Of a stretch of DNA of 64,000 nt, positions 28,620 through 38,264 are shown one piece after another (position 1 is the first letter of the stretch; the number at the start of each line of letters is the position of its first letter). The position numbers and the translations under genes were made by a program. This DNA is from Candidatus Aenigmatarchaeota archaeon (GTDB lineage Archaea; Aenigmatarchaeota; Aenigmatarchaeia; GW2011-AR5): the NCBI GenBank assembly GCA_016198685.1, contig JACQID010000008.1:32001-96000 (forward strand). The letters run 5' to 3'. The notes below the pieces were generated by a model that saw only the letters and a list, made by a program, of their open reading frames with translations, did no database searches and was not told the DNA's origin.

Positions 28620-29282
28620 ATGCAGGAAGAGATATTCTTTGGCAACGGCCGCGGCGAGAAGCTGGCAGGCGTTGTGCACTACCGAAAGGAAATTTCTAGC
28701 GCCGTGATATTATGCCACGGTTTCAGAAGTTCAAAAGAAAACAAAGCCGCGTGGGCCGAAAGGCTTTCCGATAATTTTGTAGTCCTGCGTTTTGATTTGA
28801 GCGGCCATGGCGAAAGCGACGGTGAATTGAAGGACATAACTATTACCCGTCTTCTTGCCGATATGAATGCCGCGATTGATTTCATGATTGCTCGCGGAGC
28901 AAAAACTATAGGCCTTGCCGGGCATAGTCTTGGCGGCTCGCTTTCCATTCTTGCTTCAGAGCGCGCAAAAGCAATATGCTCTTTGGCCGGCGCGACGGAC
29001 TTCGGCACGCGCAACCTGAACAGATTCGGGCTGCTGCATTTTGATCAGGACGCGAAAAAGTATGATTTTTACAGAACCCTGAAAAAAAGCAAGACGCCCG
29101 CGCTTTTCATTCATGGGGACCGCGATGAAGTCGTGCCTTTGTGGCATTCCGAAAAAGGCATACAAGCCGCTACAGAGGGCAGCAGAATGGAAATAATAAG
29201 AGGAATGGATCATTCCTATGCCGGACATTACGATAAAATAATTTCGCTCAGCGAAGCGTGGTTCAAAGAACGTTTAGGCTAA
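28620..29282 (+). CDS. Alpha/beta hydrolase
   Basis: CHGFRSSK, GHGESDG, nucleophile GHSLGG, IHGDRD, DH. Confidence 0.9.
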   Translation: MQEEIFFGNGRGEKLAGVVHYRKEISSAVILCHGFRSSKENKAAWAERLSDNFVVLRFDLSGHGESDGELKDITITRLLADMNAAIDFMIARGAKTIGLAGHSLGGSLSILASERAKAICSLAGATDFGTRNLNRFGLLHFDQDAKKYDFYRTLKKSKTPALFIHGDRDEVVPLWHSEKGIQAATEGSRMEIIRGMDHSYAGHYDKIISLSEAWFKERLG

Positions 29283-29480
29283 AGTGGCGCGTCTTGTGAT
29301 TATCTTTTTCATTGTGGTGACTTCGCCCGCCAGCTTGTTCATAGTTTCCTTGCTGACTTCCATTTTTAACTCCTTGAGTGCTGTCTTGTTAGCCGCAAAG
29401 TCATGGCCAAACTTTTCGCCGTGCTTCTCCATGAGAAGGTGCGCTGCCCTCTTTATGTCAGTAGTCTTTATGCTGCCCAT
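29274..29480 (-). CDS. rps17e: Ribosomal protein eS17
   Basis: MGSIKTTDIKRAAHLLMEKH...DFAANK...SKETMNKLAGEVT. Confidence 0.88.
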   Translation of the reverse strand: MGSIKTTDIKRAAHLLMEKHGEKFGHDFAANKTALKELKMEVSKETMNKLAGEVTTMKKIITRRATLA

Positions 29481-29539
29481 GTAGTCACCTTCATAGATTT
29501 TTCGCAAAGGGTTAAATAGCTTGTGAAAGCCTAAATATC

Positions 29540-30481
29540 ATGAAAAAAGCGTTTCTATCCCGCATGCCTGCAGGGATTTTCATATTTGACGAGGCTCAAA
29601 AGCTCCTGGAAGCCCGTTTTTTCTCCAAAAATCCGGTTGAAGCGGCTGAAGAATATGAAAAACCTCTAACTTTAGCAGGTTATGAAATAAGGCCGGACGA
29701 CAGCCTGGGAAGGGCATTGGCCAGAAAAATATCGGTGGAAAAGGGCCATTTTTCTTCGGACCATGAGTATACTGAATTCTTGTCCGGTTTTGCTGCGGCA
29801 TTTTCGCTTAAGAAGCTCGAAGGGTCGGTAGGCAAAGACAAGCTGCTTCAGCAGAGCATGAACGCTTTGCTTGAGCTGGAAGACATGGAAAGCATGCTCG
29901 GTACGCGGTTGAAAGAATGGTTCACTCTGCATTATCCTGAAGAGCGCTCTCAGGGCAAAGAGCTCGGCAAGAAAGTTGCTGAATTTGGCAAAAGAGAAAA
30001 CTTTCCGGGGTTTGCGGGATCTACAGGGGTTGCAATGGATTCTATTGATGAAGCCGCAGCACGGAAATACGCGTCACTCTTTCTTGCAACTTCTGACTGT
30101 AGAAGAGATACAGAAGCTTATATCAGAAATCTTGCCGAGAAAGTCATGCCAACTACATCTACTATAGTTAATCCGATGCTGGCAGCCCGATTGCTCGCGC
30201 ATGCAGGCTCATTGGAGAAGCTCTCGAGAATGGCTGCATCCAGCATCCAATTGCTTGGCGCGGAAAAAGCTTTGTTCAGGCATATCAAGAATCAGGGCAA
30301 ATCGCCAAAGTACGGCATAATATTCATGGATCCAAGGATACAATCCGCCCCGCCGGAAACAAAGGGCAAAGTCGCGCGCGCGATAGCCGCCAAAATAATG
30401 GTGGCTGTAAAAATAGACTTCTTTTCGCGCAGAAAAGATGAGACTTTAGCAAAACAACTGGAAAAGGAGCTGGCAGCATGA
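29540..30481 (+). CDS. nop5: Box C/D RNP protein Nop5 (Nop56/58)
   Basis: LKEWFTLHYPE, ASSIQLLGAEKALF, SPKYGII, KGKVARAIAAK. Confidence 0.93.
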   Translation: MKKAFLSRMPAGIFIFDEAQKLLEARFFSKNPVEAAEEYEKPLTLAGYEIRPDDSLGRALARKISVEKGHFSSDHEYTEFLSGFAAAFSLKKLEGSVGKDKLLQQSMNALLELEDMESMLGTRLKEWFTLHYPEERSQGKELGKKVAEFGKRENFPGFAGSTGVAMDSIDEAAARKYASLFLATSDCRRDTEAYIRNLAEKVMPTTSTIVNPMLAARLLAHAGSLEKLSRMAASSIQLLGAEKALFRHIKNQGKSPKYGIIFMDPRIQSAPPETKGKVARAIAAKIMVAVKIDFFSRRKDETLAKQLEKELAA

Positions 30482-31173
30482 AAGCTGCATTTTTTGACAT
30501 GGACGGCGTTTTGAGCCGCGGGCATTACATGTTCAAGATATGGAGATATTTCTATGGCCAGGGTTATATGTCGCGGGAGAACCTCAAATCATTACTTTCT
30601 GTTGTCAATTCGTACCTCTTGAGAAAGATAGATTATCGTGAGTTTACGAAGAAAACAATAGAAATAGCGGCATTATGCGTAGCCGGTTGCGAAAGGCAGT
30701 TAATACAAAATTCAATCGATGATTTTTTGCGGAAGAAAGGTCTGTCTCTGTTCCCATACAGCGTAGATCTGATACGCTTGTTTAAGAATAACGGTTACAG
30801 AACGATTATAATATCAGGTTCTACAATCGAGCTCCTGCAAGCATACAACAGGCACATAGGCGCTGATGAAATCCACGGCACGATATTTGAAACTATGGAC
30901 GGAATATTCACGGGCAAGGTTGACATGAATATGTCATTGAAGGAATCGAAGCAGAGTGCCATGGATTCTTTGAAAGGCATAGACATGGAGAAATCTTTCG
31001 GCTTTGGCGACACTGACCAGGACATAGCCATGCTTGAAAAAGTCGGGCATCCTGTGGCTCTTAATCCGACAAAACCGCTCAAGAAGATCGCTACTGCCCG
31101 CGATTGGACAATTCTCACAAAGAAGGACGATGTAGTGACGCAAGTCGCGCAGATGATGGAGGGGCATTTATGA
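30478..31173 (+). CDS. HAD-IB family phosphatase (SerB-like)
   Basis: AFFDMDGVL, ISGS, FGDTDQDIAML, PVALNP. Confidence 0.9.
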   Translation: MKAAFFDMDGVLSRGHYMFKIWRYFYGQGYMSRENLKSLLSVVNSYLLRKIDYREFTKKTIEIAALCVAGCERQLIQNSIDDFLRKKGLSLFPYSVDLIRLFKNNGYRTIIISGSTIELLQAYNRHIGADEIHGTIFETMDGIFTGKVDMNMSLKESKQSAMDSLKGIDMEKSFGFGDTDQDIAMLEKVGHPVALNPTKPLKKIATARDWTILTKKDDVVTQVAQMMEGHL

Positions 31174-31820
31174 ACGAAATATTCCCAGGGGTCTTCCGCG
31201 ACGGAAAGAAGCTATACACGATTAATTTTGCTCCCGGCAGGAAAGTTTACGGCGAAAAATTGATAAAAAAAGACGTTGAGTTCAGGGAATGGACACCTGA
31301 AAGAAGCAAGCTCGGCGCTGCAATAGCAAACCGCATGAAAGTCATGCCAATAGGCATTCAGAGCTCAGTTTTATATCTGGGGGCGTCAACAGGCACGACC
31401 GTTTCTCATGTCAGCGACATAGCACGCAACGGCATTGTGTATGCTCTTGAATTTGCCGAGCGCGTCTTCAGACCCCTTCTGGAATTGCAGAAGTTCAGGA
31501 AGAATATCGCGCCTATTCTTGCTGATGCACGAAAGCCAGAAACATACTCTTGGATCGAGACATGCGATGTCGTCTTCGCAGACGTGGCACAGCCTGACGA
31601 AACGGAAATCGCGATAAGGAACGCAAAAATATTTCTCAAGAAGGGCGGCTATGTGATGGTTTCAATCAAATCGCAAAGCATAGACGTGACAAAGAACCCA
31701 AAGGATGTTTACCGGGAGGAGGCCTCAAAGCTTGAAAAAGCGGGCTTCTCTGTCGAAGAAACTGTCAATTTGGAACCGTACGAAGACAAACACGCGCTTA
31801 TCGTAGCGAAGTATCTCTGA
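31170..31820 (+). CDS. flpA: Fibrillarin, rRNA/tRNA 2'-O-methyltransferase
   Basis: FREWTPERSKLGAAI, VLYLGASTGTTVSHVSD, DVAQP, LEPYEDKH; start MNEIF at 31170. Confidence 0.96.
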   Translation: MNEIFPGVFRDGKKLYTINFAPGRKVYGEKLIKKDVEFREWTPERSKLGAAIANRMKVMPIGIQSSVLYLGASTGTTVSHVSDIARNGIVYALEFAERVFRPLLELQKFRKNIAPILADARKPETYSWIETCDVVFADVAQPDETEIAIRNAKIFLKKGGYVMVSIKSQSIDVTKNPKDVYREEASKLEKAGFSVEETVNLEPYEDKHALIVAKYL

Positions 31821-31857
31821 CTGAGAACAAGCAATGGCATGAAAGATACGTATGCGA

Positions 31858-32949
31858 TTATTTCTTCATCGCAGCAATGAGGCGTTCCTTGAATTCGTTC
31901 CATTCTTTCTCTGCAACAGTAGCGCCGGCCGCCGCAGGATGGCCTCCTGCCGAAGCTTTGAGACCGCGGGCCGCCTTCTTCATGGTAGATGCGACATCAA
32001 ATTTCTTGCCCTGATTTCTTGCAGATGCATGAACTTTGCCTCCCGATATCTGGTATATGACAAGCATTTTGTCCATGAATTTCTCGCTAAGGCGCGTAGA
32101 TAGCGGAGAGCAGAGATTGAATCTTGTTTTGAGATTGTAAAGTATGAGATTGCCATGTGTTTCCGCATTCCTGCCGAAATCCTGTTCTATGGACATGATT
32201 TCGTTCTCTATGGTCCTGTAAGATTCCTGCATCTTCTCGCTTCCGGGTGTCTCCTTGAAGTTTTCCAAAATTTCTGCTTTTTCCATTATGCTTACCATCT
32301 CTTCGCAGGAAAGGGCATTTGTCGCCCTTGTTGAGGCTATCATGTCGGCTATTCTGCCAAGGAAAGATTCGTAAAGAGGTTTCTTGCCGGTGATATCCGG
32401 ATACGCCTTCCTCACTTCCTCGACTACGTCCTGGCTGTAATCAAGATTATAATCGCCTATCATGCCGACGGCAGCTATCCAGAGATGTTTGGTCATGTCT
32501 TTGATTTCGGAAGTCATCTTGTAGGCTATGTAAGTAGTGGACTGGTATATGTCTTTGCCCTCAAATCTGGGGTTATAATGCACAACTCCAGGCGTATTCA
32601 GGTCACTGTGCACGCTGTGATGGTCGACTATCAGTATATCCGAGATTCCCGTCAGTTTCTTTATCACAGTCTCCTGCTGATCCATGGCTAAATCCAGGAA
32701 TATCAGCTTGGTCGGTATAGTTGTCTGTATTTTCCTGATTAGATTTTTCTCTGTAGGCATGGGTTGGGATATAATGTAGGGCTTAACACCCTTTTCTTTC
32801 AGCACCATGTCAATAAGCGCACAGGAAGATATGCCATCGGCGTCATTATTGAATATAATGACTACGCTATCGGTCTTTTTCACGTCCTTAAGGAATTTGA
32901 CTGCGTTCGAAAAATAACGGGCCATGAATTTATCTGAGAATAAATACAT
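31858..32949 (-). CDS. DHH/DHHA1 family phosphoesterase (RecJ-like)
   Basis: NNDADG, FLDL, IVDHH, GDY, GGHPAAAG. Confidence 0.88.
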   Translation of the reverse strand: MYLFSDKFMARYFSNAVKFLKDVKKTDSVVIIFNNDADGISSCALIDMVLKEKGVKPYIISQPMPTEKNLIRKIQTTIPTKLIFLDLAMDQQETVIKKLTGISDILIVDHHSVHSDLNTPGVVHYNPRFEGKDIYQSTTYIAYKMTSEIKDMTKHLWIAAVGMIGDYNLDYSQDVVEEVRKAYPDITGKKPLYESFLGRIADMIASTRATNALSCEEMVSIMEKAEILENFKETPGSEKMQESYRTIENEIMSIEQDFGRNAETHGNLILYNLKTRFNLCSPLSTRLSEKFMDKMLVIYQISGGKVHASARNQGKKFDVASTMKKAARGLKASAGGHPAAAGATVAEKEWNEFKERLIAAMKK

Positions 32950-33014
32950 TTAAACAGGTTCCGCATGTCACTGGCAAGTGACAAACCTAAAAACTTTAAA
33001 TATGCACATATAGG

Positions 33015-33398
33015 TTATTTTTCCCACGGATATTTGATTTCAAGTGTTTCGACACTTTCCTTGCCTACTCCCAGCGTTTCATGCAGATATTCCCTGACTT
33101 TCTCGAAATCGAAAGGCCTGCAGGAAAAAACATCTATGTAAGCCTCGCCCCTGTCTGCAAAGGTGTGTATGGAGATATGGGAAAAGCTGATTATTTCTAT
33201 TCCGGTTATGCCGGCGTTGTCCGGATTGTGATCGCGCAGTATATTCGGACCGGAGAGAACCTTCATGCCTATTAGCTTCGGTATTTCCATTAAGAGCTGA
33301 AATACAAAATCTTCGCGGTCTATTCTTTTGTCGCATCCTGCGGCATCAAAAATTATATGATACGTTTTCATGAGGTTTCTGGCGGCTTCAGTTTCCAT
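33015..33398 (-). CDS. speD: Pyruvoyl-dependent S-adenosylmethionine decarboxylase family protein
   Basis: YHIIFDA, SHISIHTF, YIDVFSC. Confidence 0.8.
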   Translation of the reverse strand: METEAARNLMKTYHIIFDAAGCDKRIDREDFVFQLLMEIPKLIGMKVLSGPNILRDHNPDNAGITGIEIISFSHISIHTFADRGEAYIDVFSCRPFDFEKVREYLHETLGVGKESVETLEIKYPWEK

Positions 33399-33402
33399 AA
33401 AC

Positions 33403-36204
33403 TCACGCTTTCTTTATGTGTATCAGCAGTTTTTCCCCTTCAAAATCAACTTCGTCCCCTTCTTCAGTCGAGTAGTTTATTTTCTTCGCGCCTACCTGTC
33501 TTTTCAGCTGATCTTCGAACGCCTTGAGCGCCGATCGGGACACGGAAAGAATTATATGATCTTCGACCTTCATGCCCAAATTCTTGCGCATTTGTTGTAT
33601 CTTTCTCACAACCTCGCGGTAAAGCGCTTCGGCTTTCAGTTCTTCGGTAAGATTAACGTCAAGGCTTACGAATCCCTCTCCTAGCGGCTTCTTTGCGTAT
33701 CCTTCAGCCGTCTTTGTTACGGCCTTGACATTGCTCATGCCTTCTATGACAGGATAGATGTCTTTTGAGATTTCTATATTCTCCAGTGCCAGCGCTGCAA
33801 GCGGCCATCTGAGTTTGATTTTGTTTTCTTGGCGTATGAAGCTTGCCGTTTCCACTATGCCTTTCGCGATTTGCATGTCGAGTTCAAGTTTCTCATCTAT
33901 CAGCTTTTCATCCGCTTCAGGCATGTCCTCATGATGGACGGACTCCTTGGCCGAGCCTAGCGGCTTCAGGACGTCCTGATATGCCTTCTCTGCAATGAAC
34001 GGGCAGACAGGCGCAAGCAATATCGCGCTCTTTCTTGCAACTTCATATAGCGCATAAAATGCCTCTTTCTTGTCGCTGCCTTCATATGCAGGCCATGTCC
34101 TTTCACGGACCAATTTTATGTACCATCTTGAAAAATCGTTAAGCAGGAAATCGTGCAGGGACTCTATCGCCTTGTGCCCTTCGTATGCCGAGAACGCGCG
34201 GTTGTATTCCCTGATTATTGTATTGAGACGCGATATTATCCACCTGTCTTCTGCTTTCTTCAGGGTCACGTGGTTAGCATCCGGCACATATGTCTTGAGG
34301 AAATTAAACGTGTTCTCTATGACTATGAAGGATTTGGCTATCTCATCAACATCAAGCCATTTGAAGTAGAAGTCATCCCAAGGCGGTGAATGGAGAAGGT
34401 AATAGCGCAGAACGTCCCTGCCGTGCTTTTTGACAACGTCAAACGGATCAACAACATTTCCCTTGCTTTTCGACATCTTTATCCCGTGCGCATCAAGAAC
34501 GAAACCGTGGAAAAGTATGTTGTTGAACGGTCTTTGGTTAAATGTGATTACTGACGTAATGAGCTGCGAGTTCCACCATCCGCGTATCTGGTCCGGCCCT
34601 TCGGTCTGGAAGTCGCATGGCCACCAGTTCTTGAATTCTTCCTTGTTTTTCGGATAGCCCAGAGATGCCCATGCTGCAAGCCCAGAATCGAACCATACAT
34701 CCAAGACATCGGGTATCCTTTTCATTTTCTTGCCGCATTTGCAGGGAAGAAGGATTTCATCAACATAGGGCCTGTGCAGGTCTTGTATTTTCACAGGCAG
34801 TTCGTCAGCCGAGCCCACGACCTTTGTTTCGCCGCATTCGCACGTCCATATCGGGAGCGGTATGCCCCAGTAGCGCTGCCTGGAAATGGGCCAATCGCTC
34901 AGGCTTTCCAGCCAGTTGGCGAAGCGCTTCTTGGCCCACGCCGGCTGCCAATTGACCTGCTCATTTTCTTCCATCAATTTCTTCCTTATTTCTGTGACAC
35001 GGAAGAACCATTGTTTCACCGCCATCTCCAAAAGCGGCGAAGAGCATCTCCAACATTTTGGATAGTCGTGAGTATAACTCTCTTCTTTGAGAAGTGCGCC
35101 TTTCTTGCTCAGATCTTCTATTATTGTCTTGTTTGCTTTCTTGACAAAAAGCCCTTTATAGTCGCCTGCCTCCTCGTTGTATGTTCCATCCATATTTACA
35201 GGAGATATTATAGGCAAGCCCGCCTCTTTTCCCGCCTTGTAGTCCTCTTCTCCGTGGCCAGGTGCCGTGTGAACAAGGCCGGTTCCATCTTCCATGGTGA
35301 CGTAATGCGATGAAAGTATAACCCTTCCCTGTATTTTCTGCTGGGCCGTGACTTTATCTTTTAACGGATGCTCGTACTGCACGCCTTCAAGTTTCTTGCC
35401 TTTGAACGTTTCCAGTATCTTGAAGTCGGCTATGCCGGCCTTTTCCATGACCTTGCTTACCAGAGGCTTCGCTATTATGAGAATATCCTTGCCAGCCTGT
35501 ACGCGGGCGTATTCTTCTTCAGGATGAACCATCACGCCTGCATTGGCCGGCAACGTCCATGGTGTTGTAGTCCATATGACCAGATATTCGGCCTTGCCAT
35601 TTACTTTGAATTTCACGTAGACTGAAGGGTCGGTCGCCTTCATGTATTCTATTTCATTATAGGCAACTGCCGTCTGGCAGTGCGGGCAGACGTGGACGGG
35701 ATAGAATCCCTGATAAAGCAGTCCCTTTTCAAAGCCGGTCTTGAAAGTTGCCCAGCCTCCTTCTATGTACTCTTTATCCAGAGTCAGGTAGGGCTTTGAA
35801 AAATCCATCCATACTCCAAGGTCAATAAATTGTGAATTCATTACGCCAATGTATTTTGTTGCGAACTCGCGGCACTTCTTGATGAATGTCTCAACGCCCA
35901 ATTTCTCTATATCCGGTTTTGAGGTCAAGCCAAGCTCTTTCTCTACTTTGTTTTCTATGGGCATTCCATGCGTGTCGTAGCCTGGCTGGTCGCGGACATT
36001 GAAGCCGCGCATGCGAAAGTAGCGTATGTAAGCGTCCTTAAGGACCTTGTTCCATGCCGTGCCCATGTGTATCGCGCCTGTGGCATAGGGAGGCCCGTCA
36101 AGAAAATAGAATTTCTTGCCTTTGCTTCGCAAAGCCTTGGCCTTCTGATAGCTAGCGTTCTTGTTCCAGAACTCCTGTATTTCCTGTTCTTTCTGCGGGT
36201 TCAT
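33403..36204 (-). CDS. ileS: Isoleucyl-tRNA synthetase
   Basis: FLDGPPYATG, HMGT (HIGH), WTTTPWTLP, DWPISRQRYWG, GPDQIRGW, KMSKS; start MNPQK with GTGA SD. Confidence 0.97.
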   Translation of the reverse strand: MNPQKEQEIQEFWNKNASYQKAKALRSKGKKFYFLDGPPYATGAIHMGTAWNKVLKDAYIRYFRMRGFNVRDQPGYDTHGMPIENKVEKELGLTSKPDIEKLGVETFIKKCREFATKYIGVMNSQFIDLGVWMDFSKPYLTLDKEYIEGGWATFKTGFEKGLLYQGFYPVHVCPHCQTAVAYNEIEYMKATDPSVYVKFKVNGKAEYLVIWTTTPWTLPANAGVMVHPEEEYARVQAGKDILIIAKPLVSKVMEKAGIADFKILETFKGKKLEGVQYEHPLKDKVTAQQKIQGRVILSSHYVTMEDGTGLVHTAPGHGEEDYKAGKEAGLPIISPVNMDGTYNEEAGDYKGLFVKKANKTIIEDLSKKGALLKEESYTHDYPKCWRCSSPLLEMAVKQWFFRVTEIRKKLMEENEQVNWQPAWAKKRFANWLESLSDWPISRQRYWGIPLPIWTCECGETKVVGSADELPVKIQDLHRPYVDEILLPCKCGKKMKRIPDVLDVWFDSGLAAWASLGYPKNKEEFKNWWPCDFQTEGPDQIRGWWNSQLITSVITFNQRPFNNILFHGFVLDAHGIKMSKSKGNVVDPFDVVKKHGRDVLRYYLLHSPPWDDFYFKWLDVDEIAKSFIVIENTFNFLKTYVPDANHVTLKKAEDRWIISRLNTIIREYNRAFSAYEGHKAIESLHDFLLNDFSRWYIKLVRERTWPAYEGSDKKEAFYALYEVARKSAILLAPVCPFIAEKAYQDVLKPLGSAKESVHHEDMPEADEKLIDEKLELDMQIAKGIVETASFIRQENKIKLRWPLAALALENIEISKDIYPVIEGMSNVKAVTKTAEGYAKKPLGEGFVSLDVNLTEELKAEALYREVVRKIQQMRKNLGMKVEDHIILSVSRSALKAFEDQLKRQVGAKKINYSTEEGDEVDFEGEKLLIHIKKA

Positions 36205-36255
36205 CTCTGTCACTATTAGCTTATATGGAAAATTTAAAAGCAAAAATCATCTTCA

Positions 36256-36552
36256 TTATCTGATAGAGTTTGGCCGGTTTTCTGGTCTTCGTTTATATGC
36301 CATTTCACGCTCTCGTCGTTCATGGTGATTAGGTCGATCCGCTTCAAGAAGATATGTGCCAGATCTTTGAGGATTATTTTCGACAGGGAAAAAATAGTTA
36401 TTGCATCTCATGAACATATTCCCGCTAGCATCATTATATATGCTAAATCTTCCTAAATAGCCGCTCATATCAAACACTTTCCCGACATTGAGCTTGGAAA
36501 TTTCATTTTGCGGTTGCCGCACATCCCATTTATAGCTATGTACCATATTCAT
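36256..36552 (-). CDS. Hypothetical protein
   Basis: 98-aa ORF, no motif. Confidence 0.5.
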   Translation of the reverse strand: MNMVHSYKWDVRQPQNEISKLNVGKVFDMSGYLGRFSIYNDASGNMFMRCNNYFFPVENNPQRSGTYLLEADRPNHHERREREMAYKRRPENRPNSIR

Positions 36553-36784
36553 TACCTCCTTTTTTATTCTGCATTCCCTCCTCTCCGTGTTATGTTCTCA
36601 ATGGCGTTGCAAAAGATTTGTAAAGTTTTTTACGGAGAGAAGAGATCGAAAGGCCTTAAATAATCAGGCCAATAATCGTGATAATCTGGCGTATGCTAAA
36701 CTTGGTATGTACAGAAAGTTTAGCTTCCATAAAAATAGTATTTTTAGAAAAATATATAAAATAAAAATGGGAAACGGTGGGAAA

Positions 36785-37201
36785 ATGCATTGCGAAATTT
36801 GCGGCGGCAAGGCAGTAACTAAAGCGGTGATTGAAGGGGTACCGCTTGATGTATGCGCCAATTGTGTGGGTCACGGGACCGAGATAAAGCAGCTTCAGAT
36901 CAGACAGGCGCCAGAAATATCAGAGAGCACGATAAATCCGGACTTTTCGGCCATGATAAAGCAGGCTCGAGGCAAAGTAGGAATTGAGAGAAAGATGCTC
37001 GCAGAAAAGCTCGCAGTCAAGGAAAGCATACTTGCCCGGATAGAGAACGGCATGCGGCCTGACAACGTGACAGCACGGAAGCTGGAAAAGGCTCTAGGAA
37101 TAAAGTTACTGGGCTTCTCTGCGGATGCTGTTGTGCAAAAGCAGGCGCCGAATGAAATAACTCTTGGGGATGTTGCAATTATAAAGAAGAAGCGGAAATA
37201 A
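36785..37201 (+). CDS. Multiprotein bridging factor aMBF1 (Zn ribbon plus HTH)
   Basis: MHCEICG...VCANC, IKQARGK, LARIENG, KLEKALGIKL, TLGD. Confidence 0.9.
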   Translation: MHCEICGGKAVTKAVIEGVPLDVCANCVGHGTEIKQLQIRQAPEISESTINPDFSAMIKQARGKVGIERKMLAEKLAVKESILARIENGMRPDNVTARKLEKALGIKLLGFSADAVVQKQAPNEITLGDVAIIKKKRK

Positions 37202-37251
37202 CCAATCTATTTTAATTTTTCATCTGTAATTATCGCAAGAGTCGATGAGCT

Positions 37252-37818
37252 GTGGTAACTAAATTTGATTATCTTGAAGAAGCCCTGCGCAAAGGGGGAT
37301 TTTTTCCTGAACAGGCTGGGCACAACAGTGGTGCTACTTATAGTGCCAGAATAAAATCTGTCGCGCAAACAATCGGCTTGACAAATGGCGGAATAGATCC
37401 CGGTAATAACAGTTATTGGCATCATCAGGAGGAGCCGGTTATATGGACTCAGTTCAGCAATGAAAACCCTGCTTATAGGAGGGTCCCTAGGTATATCGGG
37501 CGCGATCTTGAATTACCGACTTTTCAAAAGGAGCTTTTAGATAAATTGCGCAAGAATGGATATGAAGTTCAAGTCAATGGAAGGAATTACGGGCCGAATG
37601 CGGACAGTGCGATTATTGCCTATCGGCAAGGCAATTTCGAAGGTATGATAAGGGCCGACGGGCTTGTGGTAATTCCGTTATCTGCGCTGCATCTGCAGAA
37701 ACCAAGAGAAGTTATAGATGAAGTCGTATACACGCTTTTCGGCGACCAAGCGATGAAAAAAACTCGGCAAGATGTCTCTGGCAAGAAAAACGGACGAATG
37801 CATTGGCCGAAAAGATAG
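37252..37818 (+). CDS. Hypothetical protein, paralog of 38265-39101
   Basis: C-terminal motif RADGLVVIPLSALHLQKPREVIDEVVYTLF. Confidence 0.7.
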   Translation: MVTKFDYLEEALRKGGFFPEQAGHNSGATYSARIKSVAQTIGLTNGGIDPGNNSYWHHQEEPVIWTQFSNENPAYRRVPRYIGRDLELPTFQKELLDKLRKNGYEVQVNGRNYGPNADSAIIAYRQGNFEGMIRADGLVVIPLSALHLQKPREVIDEVVYTLFGDQAMKKTRQDVSGKKNGRMHWPKR

Positions 37819-37938
37819 GGAGAAGACGCTAAGCCTCGAATTCTATTGATATTTGTCATATAATGCCATAGAATTGATGTGGAAATCCGCAGGCTTGGAA
37901 AGAGTGGATTTTTAAATCCTGCTGGGTTAAGTTAAGGT

Positions 37939-37998
37939 TAGCCATTATGAGCCGATTTAAGGCGCTTCACGTGCCTTTATCCGGCGATGACTTGGTTA
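37939..37998 (+). ncRNA. K-turn-containing hairpin immediately 5' of tRNA-His
   Basis: TAGCCA/TGGTTA basal stem; TGA-GCCG...CGGC-GAT-GA K-turn; AAGGCGC/GTGCCTT upper stem. Confidence 0.45.
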
Positions 37999-37999
37999 T

Positions 38000-38094
38000 G
38001 GCTGTGGTGGTGCAGTGGCAGCATTGGAGCCTGTGGAAAGCGCTTTGGCGCTTACGGAAAGCTCCCGACCCGAGTTCGAATCTCGGCCACGGCC
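38000..38094 (+). tRNA. tRNA-His(GTG) with genomic G-1 and canonical 23-nt intron (38037-38059)
   Basis: GGAGC CT GTG G^A GCTCC; central helix CUGU/ACGG; intron stem AAGCGC/GCGCTT; discriminator C. Confidence 0.95.
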
Positions 38095-38264
38095 CTTTTC
38101 TTATTTATCTGTTCAGGCATGCATTCCCATAAAAAGATTGGATGCGTAATATTTCTTTATTCTCATAATCCTTGGCGGTATTTTCGTGGCTTCGTAACGC
38201 TGCTTGCCTGATCATCGTCTGTATCGCGTTTCTGTAATATTCATGCGGCGCGGAGGTAAGAAAA

